In this document: one piece after another, positions 1 through 12,249 of the stretch
How positions within the stretch are numbered: the first letter of the stretch is position 1
Layout of the letters: each line of letters opens with the position of its first letter
Assembly (NCBI GenBank): GCA_009602725.1
Contig: WELB01000026.1
Span: 557,580-621,579 of the forward strand
Reading direction: 5' to 3'
DNA length: 64,000 nt
DNA from: Spirogloea muscicola
Lineage: Eukaryota
Notes under the pieces: model-generated
The model's input: the letters and a program-made list of their open reading frames with translations, nothing else
What the model was told of the DNA's origin: nothing
The model's database searches: none
Made by a program: the position numbers and the translations under genes

Positions 1-200
1 GGATAGCTGGCGGGGTGTGGAAGAGGAGGAGCTCTTTCTGATGGCACCGTGGCCACGAAAGGCCAGGCCAAGGAGGATGGACGAGCTCCGGAAAGAGAAG
101 GATAGCTGGCGGGGTGTGGAAGAGGAGGAGCTCTTTCTGATGGCACCGTGGCCACGAAAGGCCAGGCCAAGGAGGATGGACGAGCTCCGGAAAGAGAAGG
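1..200. repeat. Two perfect tandem copies of a 99-bp unit (may continue left of the window)
   Basis: 2-100 and 101-199 are identical (gatagctggc...gaaagagaag). The minus strand of the unit resembles the retroelement 3'-end module (gtccatcctccttGGCCTGGCctttcgtGGCC...gaaagagctcctcc). Confidence 0.95.
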
Positions 201-1647
201 CGCGCGGTGCGCATGAAATTAAAAGGGAGGCCAATTCTAACCTTACAAATGTCCTGTTTACGGGGGGGTGATAAGCTGGCTGAGGGGGACATTAATATCC
301 CCAAGTGAGCACATGCATGTCTGACAAGCGAAGCTGAGGAGCCAAACCAACACCATGGAAGCTATTAGCCTAGGCTAATGTGCCCAGCACGCTGGTGTAT
401 CGCGAGTGCAAGAAGCCCCGGAAAGAAGCTCCGGAAGGGGCCGGAGAGCGCAGACTGCGCAGCTGCTCGGGCGGCCCCAGAAAGAGCGGGAAGAAGCTCT
501 TCCGAAGGGGCCGATGGCTGTGAGGGGCCAGGAGGATTTACATGAAAGAAGCTCTTCAGATATAGAAAGCGCGGCCAGATTGACTGGTGGCTATTAGAGG
601 CCTTCAAAGGGGTTCCAGAGGGGCCACGGGTGGTTGGGCCAGCCCCCAACAGGGAATGAACAGGGCTCAAAGCAGTTGAAAGCGTGTACCACTGCAAATA
701 AAGTGGGAGAAGCAAGAGAAGGGGAGAAGCAGCGGCAGCTGCCCCAGCCGCCTCAGACCTGATCTTGCTCACTCGCAGGTACTGAGCTTCCATATGCATC
801 GTCGCGTGTCTAGTTGTGTGGTTTTGGCTATCGGCACCTTATTTGACTTTGGATATCGTCCATTCTTTTTGGGCTGGCTTGGCCAGCCCCTCTTCTCTAA
901 GGGCGCCGCCATTCCCTCGGCCGCGGCGCACGCAGCTGCGCAACGCGGCGGCAGCCGCTCGTGCCGCTGAGCTGCACGGCGCCGGCCCAAGGCGCTGCGT
1001 GGCGCGCGTGCCGGCCGCCCAGTGGCTCGTGGAGGCCCACGAGCGGCGCCCGCCCGCGCCTCACCGAGCAGCGCGGGGTGCAGGGCTGCCGAAGAAAAGC
1101 GCGCCCATAGAAAAGAGGGGCTGTGGTTCGTGGTGGGGCCTGGGCCTTCCTGGTGGCGGGCGGGGTACGGCCAAATCCCGAGGTCGGGCGCCGGGGAGTT
1201 GCGGGCCACTGTCGCTGCGTGCTTCAAACGCTTTCCTGGCCCCTTCGAATTGGATCCGTTTCTTATTTCTGGGCTAGCCAATCAAAGAAGAAGTGGCACT
1301 CCCAATGGGGGCAAGGGCTGTGAAAAGCCAGCCCGAAAAAGAATTGACAAAGCTTCGTGATGGGGCCAAATGATGGAGGGGCCTAAAAAGCGCTAAGCAG
1401 CTACCAAGGGGCCTGAAGATGCTATGTCAGAACGGGGGAGGATGTACCACTCAGTATTTACGAGTGAGGAGCCTCAAATCCGACAGACTAGCTGCCGGAA
1501 TACTATCCCCAATCAAAGCCATCGCCCTCTTCTGGAAGAAAGTGTCTCTCTTGCGGGCCACGCAGCGGTGTGGACCGTGCCCCGCCGCTGCGGCGCAACT
1601 CCCCACCTTTCCCCTCTCGTTGCATGTAGGAGAAACAGCTCTTCTAA

Positions 1648-1859
1648 GAAGAAGAAGGGCTTGCCCATTGATGATAGGGGCTGGAAAAAGCCAGCCCAAT
1701 AAAGGATGAACAAAGGACGAGAAGGGGCCAGGGGAAGCACTAAGAAAGACAAGCACAAGGAAAACTAAGCAGCTACGAAGCACTCAGTAAACCTGCTAAG
1801 CAGCCTCAGGTCAGAGAGACTGGGTTCCTGGAAGCGGGTCCCCTGGCCAGAGCCAGAGG
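1648..1859 (-). mobile_element. Short near-identical copy of the 3' end of the 2559-3235 element
   Basis: 1786-1859 matches 2691-2767 almost exactly (cagcctcaggtcagagagactgggttcctggaagcgggtcccctggccagagccagagg), and the 3' UTR also matches. Confidence 0.9.
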
Positions 1860-2558
1860 ACCCGCTCTTTTGAACGTCTATCGGGGTTATTAGTGTCCCC
1901 CTTAGCCAGCTCATTACCCAGTTAACAGGTCATTTGTAAGGCTAGAATTGGCCTCCCTTTCAATTTCATGCGCACCGCGCGCCTTCTCTCTATCCGCCTG
2001 CTAGCTACTCTGACTTGCACTCACTGACTCGCGGTTACGGATTGCCCCCTTGCTGCCGTCTTAGCAGTTTGTATCTCGCTTTTTACGCCATCCAGCCCCT
2101 TCAGACCTTGTCCATTCTTTTGGGCTGGCCTCTCACAGCCATTTTTGTAAATTTATAAGAGCTGATTCTGTTCTCTTTCCGCCCTCTAGCGATTCCGACT
2201 GCACTTACTGACTAGAGGTTACTCAGAGCCTACTTGCTGACGTCTTCTTAGAATCTTGCTATTTGCGCCATCCGGCCATTTCATCCGGCCCATTGGTCTA
2301 TTCTTTCTGGGCTGGCCTTTCCCAGCACCTCTGTGGGCTAGCGGTTGCTTTCAGACCTTGTCCATTCCTTTGGGCTGGCCTCTCACAGCCACTGCTGTCA
2401 ATTTGGAAGCGCTGTTTCTTTGGAAAAAAAGAAGTGCTCGCCCACAGAGTGTAGGGGCTGGGAACGAAGAAGAAAGGGCTCGCCCATTGAGGATAGGGGC
2501 TGGGAAAGGCCAGCCCAAACAACAATGGACAAGGTCCAAAGAGCCAAAAAGCTCACAG

Positions 2559-3235
2559 GAAGGGCTCGCCCATTGAGGATAGGGGCTGGAAAGAACCAGC
2601 CCAAAAAAGAATGAAGAAAGGACGAGAAGGGGCCAGGGGAAGTACGAAGAACAACAAGCACAAAAAAGAAACGAAGCAGCTACGAAGCACTCAGTAACCC
2701 CTGTTAAGCAGCCTCAGGTCAGAGAGACTGGGTTCCTGGAAGCGGGTCCCCTGGCCAGAGCCAGAGGCAGCAGCGAGGGCTCTGCCTGCTCGCAGGTGCA
2801 GCGCGCGGGCCATAGACCTCTGCAGCGAGACGGCAAAGCGCATGCGGTACACCTGCTCAAGCGACCCTGCTGCGTGGAAGTCCACCGGCTCCCCATGGAA
2901 GCGGCGGACGATGGCGTGGCGTGAGAGCTGGTTGAGCAGCTCGAGCCACCGAGCGCCCAGCGCCCCGTGCGTATCGATGGCGAGCGGGAAGAACTCGTCT
3001 TCCCGCGGGTGATCTGCGTATTTTAGCTCCTTGGCCCGAGCGGCGCAGGCTACCGCATACCCAGCCTTGGTGGCACACTGGGCTGGGTGTGAGCGGTCAT
3101 ATGAGTCAGTGGTCACCACGTCCAGGAGAGGACGTGGCCCGCTGGCTGGTAGGGTGGCCACAAGGTCGACGCGACGAGCATGGAGGGTGGCCACAAGGTC
3201 GACGCGACGAGCATGGAGACCGTCGGCCGTCGGTC
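2559..3235 (-). mobile_element. 5'-truncated non-LTR retrotransposon retaining the restriction-like endonuclease (RLE) domain and 3' UTR
   Basis: ORF 2691..3194 reads RRVDLVA..LLDVVTTD..A..AKELKY..FFPLAIDTHGALG..RFAVSLQRSMA, the RxD..D..K..Y..P..G..LQR pattern of CRE-type RLE C-termini. The 3' UTR ends gggctggttctttccagcccctatcctcaatgggcgagcccttc. Confidence 0.85.
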
Positions 3236-4749
3236 ACAACCTTCCCGAGGGCCTCCGTACGCCTGCCCTGCCGGAACCAGCGGTCTTCCTCGTGGCCCGG
3301 AGAAGCTTTTCACCAACGCCCCGCGATCGCGCCTGTTGCCGCCGTGGCAGCCCCCACTGTAGCGCGGCTCCTCAGCCGCGCTGGGCGGGGGGGGGGGAGC
3401 GAGAGGGAGAGGGCGCCAGGGGGAGGGGGAGAGACAGGGGACAGCCAGCGAGAGGGGAGGGGGAGAGTGGCGCGGGGGGAGAGAGGTGGCCCACGCGCGG
3501 GCGAAGGGGCCGGTGGGGTTTAGGTGATTGGCAAGCCCGACCCTGCCGCCCACCATCAGCAGCCCCACGCGGGCAGCTCGAGCCACAAGCCCCAGCCACG
3601 CCCACCATCTCGGCCGCCCGGGGACGCGCCCCGCCGTTATGGGTGCACAACCTCGCGGCGCATCACGTGCCCCCTTACGTGCCCCCTTGTCAATACTAAC
3701 GTCACACTCTTACCTTAGCCACCTTAGCGTAGGGCTTTCTTTTATGTAGCCTTATTGTTTTGCACTGATTTCTGATGTGGCTTGAATCGGCCTAACCTGT
3801 TTCTCATGCGCACTGTGCACCTTCCCTCTCCTTACATTGACATAGTCACGGAGGCGCAGGGAATGCCCAGCATCGCCATACGTTGCTGCTCAACGCGGTT
3901 GGATTGTTTCACTGCAACGAAGCTGCAGCTCCACGTTGACCAACCCCTGCTGTGATCACCTTCTACTACTAGCCACAATCGACAGCCATGGTTGCATAAG
4001 TCCTTGCTTCCACACAGTTGCTCGAGAGGAAGGCATGCCTAGGGTATGCACGTTGTGAGGGCAGGCTTGCGTGCAGCCAAGACGGGCTTGCCGGCAGGTT
4101 CCTGCCGTCCATGCACCACCGTGTCAGTCTGTCTTTAGCAAGCCCAGGACCATACGCTGCATCAGAAGCTGGGCGAGCTGTAGTGCGTGGCAGCACCTCT
4201 TGCAACCTGCACTCCAGTATTCGGGCACGCATCAGCAACCTTTACCATGCCGATTGCGGCTACTGAGAGGTCCAGTTGAGCAGCTAGCGGCCTACACCTG
4301 CAGATGTGCTCGCCTTCGTGATTGGCAGCTCAGGCCTCCAGTCATCGACATCCTGTCCACCCCGCCATACCGTGCCCCGCTTCGTGCCTGCCTCGTGGTT
4401 GGCCCGCTCTAGCATTCCACGCTTTTCCCCGTCCGGATCTAGCTCACGCCGCCATTTCCCTGCCCATTTCATCTTCCCACCCCAACTTCTCCCCCCTCTT
4501 ACCTCCACAACTGGGCCGAGGATCCGGCGAGACCTCCACTGAAGGTCCCTCATCGTCCTGATAGGGCTGACCTCGGTCTGTAAGCTGAGCAGCCGGCACA
4601 CTAAGTGGCAAGCATGTGGAAGTGCGGTGCGGGCACCTTCGGTCACCATGCAGTGCACTCGACTGCTGTACCAAGGCGATAGCGGCCGGTGGCCGTTGGC
4701 CCCTCCGTTATTGTTCGTGTGCTGGCTGGCGCCTCTGCGGGCACCTGCC

Positions 4750-5750
4750 TCTACAGACTCTCTTTCAGATTGGGCCTTTCCCCCGCGCTTGCTGGCTGCG
4801 CTTTCTTTGCCAATTCGTCTTTGGCCTGGTAATTTGTGGCCCTCTTGTTCGAAGTACACAACAAGCAGTCTCCCTCGTCCCATCTCATATTTGTGCCCAC
4901 GCTCTCAGCGCCCGTCAGGCACACGGGCCCCAAAAGTACCTGCATTTCGTCATGCTAGCAGCCATCATTTGCTTTTTCTCGAACAACTGTGCCCCTCCTT
5001 TCCGAAGAAGAAGCCCTACAACAACTTCCCTAACGGAGACCGCATCTTGAGCATTCAGAATGGAGGCTGAGGTCACCAGCATACAGACACATTCTTATCT
5101 AGAGACGCGTGCTCACGGTCCAGAAGTAGCCACTAATTACACTGATGATCTTATCATGTAGCACAAAAAGATTTAGGCATTTTCTGTGCCAAATAGCTGG
5201 CTTGTTTAAGTTGGATCTAGTGCTGCAAGCAGCCTACAATGTGGCCTTAAGACTTCAACTGAACATGAAGAGATTATGGACAACTAATATGTCAGGTTTC
5301 AATATGCGCCTTCATGTCTCCTTCTGCCATTTCAACACACTTCAATTGCACAAGGAAGAAGGCAGGAGCACGTTTGGCACCCCAGGTTTTCCTTATCGCA
5401 CATTTGGCTGTTAAATTTAGCGAAGAATCGGTGAATGCTGCAAAACCGACGCACTCCAAGTGCTGTTCAGGCACAGCTGCCGCCTGACTCTTACGTACCT
5501 ACGAGTTGCCAAAGCAGCCTTTAATCAGGCTGCTTTGCTGCCCCTCTTACAGCAGGTCAAACTAGGCAAGTCAATAATGTCCAATCCACGTCTAGCCATA
5601 GTGGTCTCCATCGGCCGGCGGGCTTGGTGAGCCCCTTTCTTGGGTCTTGGCTGTGACCTTGCCACTGCCACGCCACCTGGTACAATTGATAATCTGCAAT
5701 GGCGGCCAAGTCGCTTCCTTTGATGGTTCCCGCTATCATGGCACTCATGT
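4750..5750 (-). pseudogene. Possible highly decayed Ty1/copia gag remnant
   Basis: Broken frames give ARRPMETTMARRGLDII, LVQLKCVEMAEGDMKAHIET (reminiscent of gag UBN2 L..M.EG...HI) and a frameshifted C..C....GH knuckle-like stretch near 4840-4870. Pattern recall only. Confidence 0.25.
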
Positions 5751-6795
5751 ATCCTGGTCTTCAGAATATCAATATGGCCTTGTACAGCAAGGGACGCCAG
5801 CACACACTGACTGCTCAAAGCTCTACTGCTGTTGTGCGCTGTGTTGTGCTTGTTTGGCATACCCCTTGCTTCACTTCCCAAGATAGAGAAAGACTCTTTG
5901 CAGGTCCCAATGCAATTAATACCTCACCCAGGCCACCTAGATGTACAGGCATGATCGGGCTATGTTGAAGCACTGCGCCAACTTTACCAGTGCGACCAGT
6001 TTTTAACATGTTACTAATCTGTGCAATGGCTGAAAAGCCGATCGGCAAGTAACACCGATGGTCGCTCAGTTGACCGTCACTAAGTTCCTCTCCAGTGTGC
6101 CAAGGCGCTTCTTCAAGGTTTGATATGCTAGCATTTCGACACACCTACGCAGCTAGTGTACCCCCGGGTGATAGTCACCCACTTGGTCCCGGAACAAAGT
6201 CCGTCACGCCAACTGTATTGGCAATTATCAATCTCAACCCTGTGATTCCGCTCGACACCACAGTGATCAAATAATGGTCTGTACAGTCAATGATGTCCAG
6301 TCGCTGGTCCCGCTCACATGGACTTATCAATGTCTAGGGTCTACTTGCCTGCTATATAACAACACTCTGAAAGAATGTATGTATGGAGCAACTAAGCCCT
6401 GCCCGAGGGAGCCTCTATTGCGAGACACGCCCAGGCGTCGCTGTCGGGGGCTGCGAGAGCCACCCTCGCCCTGCACAGGTATAGCCATGACCATGCTAAT
6501 AACACGGTCCGCTATTAACACTCCATTCTAGGCGTGAACTAGTGAAAGAGAGGCAAAAATGGGCCAGCCCTCAGAGGCCAGGCGGCAATGGCACCACGCC
6601 ACATTCTACTGGGGCCTGGTGCACCATGGCAACTGTACGAGCTGGGTTGTGCTCACTGGCGACAAGCCTCAGGAAGGGGACATAGGCCCCCGCCAGAGAA
6701 CGCCGTCAGGCTGTGCGACAAATGCAGAGTACCCCGTAGCTGCAGGAGATTCTCTCCTGCACCACCTGGTAGCTCTGTAGAGATTGACAATGATG

Positions 6796-9700
6796 CTATA
6801 TGCATTGTATCGTAGTCCTGTACAGAAGCTCCACTAAAGCCACCGCCGTGCCACCACCTCGTGGCACTTACTACCTGGCATAATCTGGGGAGTACATGTT
6901 CTGCTGCACGTACTGAGGAATGCTTGCCGGCCGTGGTATGCCAGCAACGCCCTCTGTGAAAGCTCGATCGATAACGGCCGATGCCACCACCATGCTGCAG
7001 GTTGCAAGAGAACATTCAATGTCAGTCAAGGCATAGATGCCTATCTGCAGGAGAAGAGCTGCATCACAACAACCATATGTATACTTTCATAGTCTGCAGT
7101 GGTATACCTTATATCTCGAACACTTGACACGTGGGGGAAGACCTGGCCCTGCTGAAGTTGCTCCTCAGAGAGACAGGACGCAAGAGCTTGGGCGGCAGCA
7201 ATGAACATGCCGTCAGTCACCATCTTTGCACGGCACAGGACTGAGCCAAAACCAACCCCCGGGAAGATGAACTGCACAAGGTGATGGAATTGCAACTTGT
7301 ACAATAATCAGTGATAATTCATAGCAATTGCTGAGACAATCGCAATGTCTGGCTAAGTAATCCTGTAATGGAATGCGATAGCCGCACCGCATACTTCCTC
7401 TGTAGTCTACAACTCACCATGTTGTTCCCTTGACCAGGATAAAATGTGCGGCCAGCATACTGATGACAAAGAAAAAGTATGGGTAGCATTAGAATATGAA
7501 CCATGATTTTGTCGGGCATGTCTGAAGAAGGGTGATTCATTCTCAGCAAGCGAAGCATGAAGTTATATCCGACTATTCCCTCGTATGAACTTTCTTTTTC
7601 AGAGCTACCTACCTGTATACAAGTACTGGCTCGACATTGCAATTCAAGTCATTTCATAATGAAGTGTAAATACCTGAACAGGTGGAAAAGGAGAGCCTGC
7701 AGCAAAGATCAGATTCCCATCTGACCAGCGCACAGCATCCTCTGCAGTTATCTGCAGGCAACGACAACAAAGCAGATTGTGTCGCACCTTTACTTGCAAA
7801 TCCGAACAACAACGTACCCATCACTTATCTACTGCGACAATGCTCAAGCCCACAAGTCAAGAATGTTAAAGTCTCAACACAATGGGTTCCTACACAGAAG
7901 GTGCAAGTGAAATGCGCACCTCCGACTTGCTGGTGGGGTTGGAAAGCGGGAATATGGCCGGCTTGGAGTGAAATTTCCGGAGCTCCTCCACTACCTGCTC
8001 AGATTTTGCAACCACATATAGTTGGACCCAAGATGCAGAGGTGCAAACATTAATGCGGGCCTTAATCAAGAGCAAGAGGTATAACTGTCAAAAATAGAGT
8101 TACGGTCCACAGAAACTATACCTCTTTTGTGAATACTCCTGGGGTGCCACTTAAGCCAAGCAGGGCTGTTGGCTTGACTGCTGCAACAATGTCCTCCAGG
8201 GCAGACCTGCCAACATATGGCCACAACGAGTGAAGGTTGCGAGGCATCAAGGTGTCATCGCCATTTCTCTTTGACACTGTCATCTTGCCAGCGTGCCTTT
8301 GACTCAGCTACCAGCCTCCTCAGGCACAAAACGTCAATTGCAAGTATGTAGGGCAGTAGGCAATGGCAAAATCTAATAGACCGACTGTAGCTTACTTGGC
8401 ATTGAGGTCCCAAGACTCCTTGCGAGCAAAGATCAGCTTGTGTGGCTCCAGCTCGCCAGGACGGTCCAAGGTGATGAGGCCCTTGCGATCGACCATGTAG
8501 ATGCGGTCCTTGGATTCCTCAGTACGAAGTCCCGCCTCCTCGAGGAGCGACACGATTGTTTGTGCCACACCAACTGCAGCAGACCCGGCTCCATAGAATA
8601 GCACCTTCGCTTCGGCCAGCGGAATCTGTTGACAGAAGTGCCCCTGCTGTGAGAAACTACAAGCCCAGTAGCCATCTAAGATATACATGCGGGTAACCAA
8701 GGCGAGTTCCAAGGCATGACGCCCTACAGCCTCTGCTACTTAATGACCATTGCATGGCTGCCCTCAATCAGCAGTCCAACCTCTCAATCAGCAGTCCAAC
8801 CTTACAGCGAGAAAAGTGAGCTCTGGACCTGCTGTGCTTTGCAGGCATTGATCAGCCCGGCAGCAATGACAGCCCCTGTGCCCTGAATGTCATCGTTGAA
8901 GCAGAAAGCATCTTTCCTATGGCGCTCCAAGATTTCAATGGCATGTTCTGTCTTGAAGTCCTCAAATTGAATCAAAGCATTTGGCCACTTGTCCTTGACC
9001 TGTCAACAGGTCACATTGTCAAACTAAGGAAAGGTGTACAATGAATGACAACATCATCGACAACGTAGAAAGCTTGACACCTTCAACGGGCAAGTCCATG
9101 CAGGGCATGTCTACACAATTTTTGAGGGGCTTGCGCTTGTGGCTGAAAGGCAGGTAGCATCACGAGAATGTCCACTGTCACTAACAGCCATTGATATCAA
9201 TGCGGAGCAAAGTCTTTTGCTGAACTCACCGCAGCAACAAATTCGTCCACTAAGGCCATGTGTGCTTGGCCCTCAATGCGTTTGTGGCGCGAACCCAGAT
9301 ATAGAGGATCTGACAGAAGTCCCTGGAAGCAGAATAAAATGGTCATATTTCCATGCTGATCCCAAATAAGACTACCAGAGTCTTGCTGCTGTTATGATGT
9401 TCGGTTTTGTGGTAGGTAACTCATAACTCAGGCAACATACCTCATTGTCCGTCCCCATGTCTAACATGACTGGCAATGTCCTTGCTGGATGGAATCCCCC
9501 TCCAGCTACATAGAGGGAGAGCTTCCCCACTGATATAGGCATACCATTGGCACCAAGATCACCAAGTCCCAAAATCTGCAACCTCAAGAGGTCAACGTTG
9601 AGATTTAAAAGGTGAAGCCAACACCCTGCTATGACATAGAGCAGAAGTGCATGCATGAAGTGCATGAGTCCTGACAGGCAACCTACCCTTCCACCATCTG

Positions 9701-11641
9701 TAACCACAATGACATCCACTTCGGGTTGCGGCCAGCTATCCAACATGGCGCGTACGTGGCCCTGCCACGCGAACAATGCGTATGACTCTCTGTAAACTTT
9801 GAATTGAACATGGAGATTGCGGAAACTAGTTATCATGCTTGTTTGTGCACGCTGCGCCGCATGATCGCCAGCTCTGCTATAAGCTGATACCTTGTCCTCG
9901 TGGCAGAAGAACATTCCCTGGGCTGCTCTGTAAATGTCGCCAAACTTGAGACATGCTTCACCGACCTGCAGACGCAGAAAACAGAAGCAAGAGATTGTCA
10001 ACATTGATCACCTGGTGTGCAAAAGCATGCTCTGAATGTACTTCTTGGCAGCACGGATTTTGTGCCCATGATTTCCAACTGTCAAGTAGTCCAAAAGACT
10101 CACCGTGGGTGTGTAGACAATGGGCAGGAGCTCCTCCAGGTAGTTGATGAGCACATGGTAGAAAAGTGTCTCATTAGTCTGATTGAGGCTGGATAGCATC
10201 AAGTATCTGCATGCCAGGGCTTGAGGTTGTAAGTATCCATAGGAAGTTTTGCACCCTCACAACATTGGCAATGAGTGTTATTGCACGCATTGAAGATAAT
10301 ATTGACTTGCAAAGCAATGCAAAGTGAGGCTCCATTGAGTGCATGATCCAGGTGAGGGCCGAGGACTTCGTAACGTGGAGAGACGTGCAATCAACTCATA
10401 AGCCACAGCAGCACAGCGTGTGGAACATTAGCAGTACCTATTGATGGGCTCTGAGAAGGACTGCAAAAGTGCCATGGCCCGCTTGGCTTGGACATCTAAG
10501 GCTTCCACACGTGGAGGTAAGAGGCCTCTGATGCCCATTCTCTGTCGCTCCTCAGACCTGATATTCAAGGAATACAAGTACAGCAACTGAGTCACTTTCT
10601 ACTCCCTCAAGTCAGTGGATGATCAAGACCTGAGACCCAATCATTAATCTCAGTGAGACCTACTTCCAAACTGCAGGGCTACATCTGTGAGTTTAGAGCT
10701 CTAACAGCCAATATGTAGCCATGACTAACTCCCAGGCTTGCTGACGGTGGCATTTACTCACTGAAGGTCTGTTTGACACTTACAACCGAAAGGATGAAAT
10801 GACATGCAAATAGACCCATGCCTTATGCCACCAGTAGTATCTGTCAGGAGTCTGTCAGCAGAACAGAAGAGCAAGGCGAACAGCTGCCACTGTTGCAGTT
10901 GCTTGGAGCAGGTGCTATCTCACATTTGGCTCAGTAAAGAACGACTCACGTGAAAGCTGTGCCCTTGTTCAATGCTGGGTCACGAAGCACGCTGATCTGG
11001 TCACCAGCCAGCTGCCTGGAAGCCTGTTTGCTCTGTCTGGTCTTGATCTCCAAACTTGTATGTCCTGGCCTTGAAGTTGCAACAAGACCAGTCTGGGCAC
11101 CAGTCTCCACAACAGCAGGACTACGACCAGTAGTGACTGGGGAGATCCTGGCTGGAGCTGCTAGAATACTTGGGGGTTCTAGGATCTGAAGCCTTGAGGT
11201 GATCTGCACCGCTTCATACTCAAATGCACCAACAGCCTGCCCATATCTGCCATCCTCACCAGAATCTCCAGCTATGACGAACTTCTGGGTGGATTTCTGC
11301 TTCTGGCTTATGAAGGATTGAGGGAGGGCTGTGGTCTCCAGAACAGGCGCCACAGCACTGGCTTCTGCCCTTGGTCCTGTCTGTGAATACTGCAGCCTCT
11401 CAGTGGTTGAGCACCTGTTCCTCCTTCTCCGGACCAGCTCAAGGGACTGTCGATCCAATCTGAGGCCCTGGCTTGCGCTGACATGCCTGCTTGACAAGCG
11501 GCCCTCCCTGCTTCTCGCAACGGAGCTCACCGCACCAGGCCTCCTACTCAGGAACTCAACACTGCAGCTCGGCGTACATGCAGCCAAGACAGCGGCAGCC
11601 TGATCCGAGACAACGAGGCTTGTCGTCATCGACGCGGCCAT
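6796..11641 (-). CDS. ME: NAD(P)-dependent malic enzyme with long N-terminal transit-peptide-like extension, ~16 exons
   Basis: Spliced exons give [12 protein letters not shown] / GLLPP / [15 protein letters not shown] / VGEAC / VIVVTDGGR / [15 protein letters not shown] / [15 protein letters not shown] / GAGSAAVG / FPLSNPT / GSPF / GQGNN / FIFPGVG, with GT-AG junctions. The last exon and start codon are uncertain. Confidence 0.93.
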
Positions 11642-12249
11642 GGCGGAGGCCAACAGTGCAGCAGAGGACCTCAGAGGCGCCTGCGTCAGGCCTGCCTGGC
11701 TTCCAAGAATAAGAGCTGTTGTTGCTCGCCGGCCAAACCTCCACGCCAGCACCGCCGGAAGGACTGAGATGGACGCTCAGCGCAGGCCCAAGCGCGAAGG
11801 CAGCGGCCTGACGGTAGAGCTGCGAGGAGGCCGGCGACAGCGGCGGCGGCGGCAGCGGCGGCGGCAGCAGACGGCGGCGGCGGCGGCGGCGGCGGAGGGA
11901 GAGGCGGGGCGATCAGAGTCGGAGTGGTCAGGCGGCGCTAAGTTCTCAGACGGAGGAAGAACGCGGGGACAGTGGGCGCGTGAGACGGAGCCGTCCAGGC
12001 GGAAGGGGGGGTGGGGACCGCAGGCGGGAAGGGCGGGGGCGACGGACGACCCCGAGCAAAGAATCTGCGGCGGGCGAAAAGGCCTTCGCCGACGCGGGCG
12101 GGCAGCCGGCCGTTCGATTCACGGGTAGGTGCCGCTGCTTCGGGCCCACCCCCATTCGTGGGCGGTCTCCTGCCGTCCGCCTGCTGCGCGCCGAGCCGAG
12201 GGATGGAGCGGGGAGGAGGGAGGTTGGCGCAGGTGCCGGCTGCCTCCCT

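Larger units (their letters stand above)
193..3832. mobile_element. Island of stacked, 5'-truncated non-LTR (RLE/CRE-like) retroelement 3' ends, both orientations
   Basis: Terminal-peptide remnants near 296(-, LSDMHVLTWGY*), 785(+, SDLILLTRRY*), 1451(-, SLSDLRLLTRKY*), 1786(-), 1890(+, YRGY*), 2035(+), 2220(+), 2691(-) and 3697(+). Each is followed by a GGGCTGG..CAGCCC module or a ttcatgcgcaccgcgcgccttc module. Confidence 0.85.

Noticed and set aside
2310..2345. HDV-like ribozyme (GGCTGGC-ctt-TCCCAGC resembles the HDV 5' half)
   Set aside because: I found no downstream P1 3' strand, L3/P1.1 or J4/2 elements. It also lies at element 3' ends rather than 5' ends, and hammerhead and twister cores do not fit.
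2095..2640. CRISPR-like array of palindromic GGGCTGG..CCAGCCC repeats
   Set aside because: The repeats are degenerate, irregularly spaced and in both orientations, the spacers are themselves repetitive UTRs, and there are no cas genes in this eukaryotic context.
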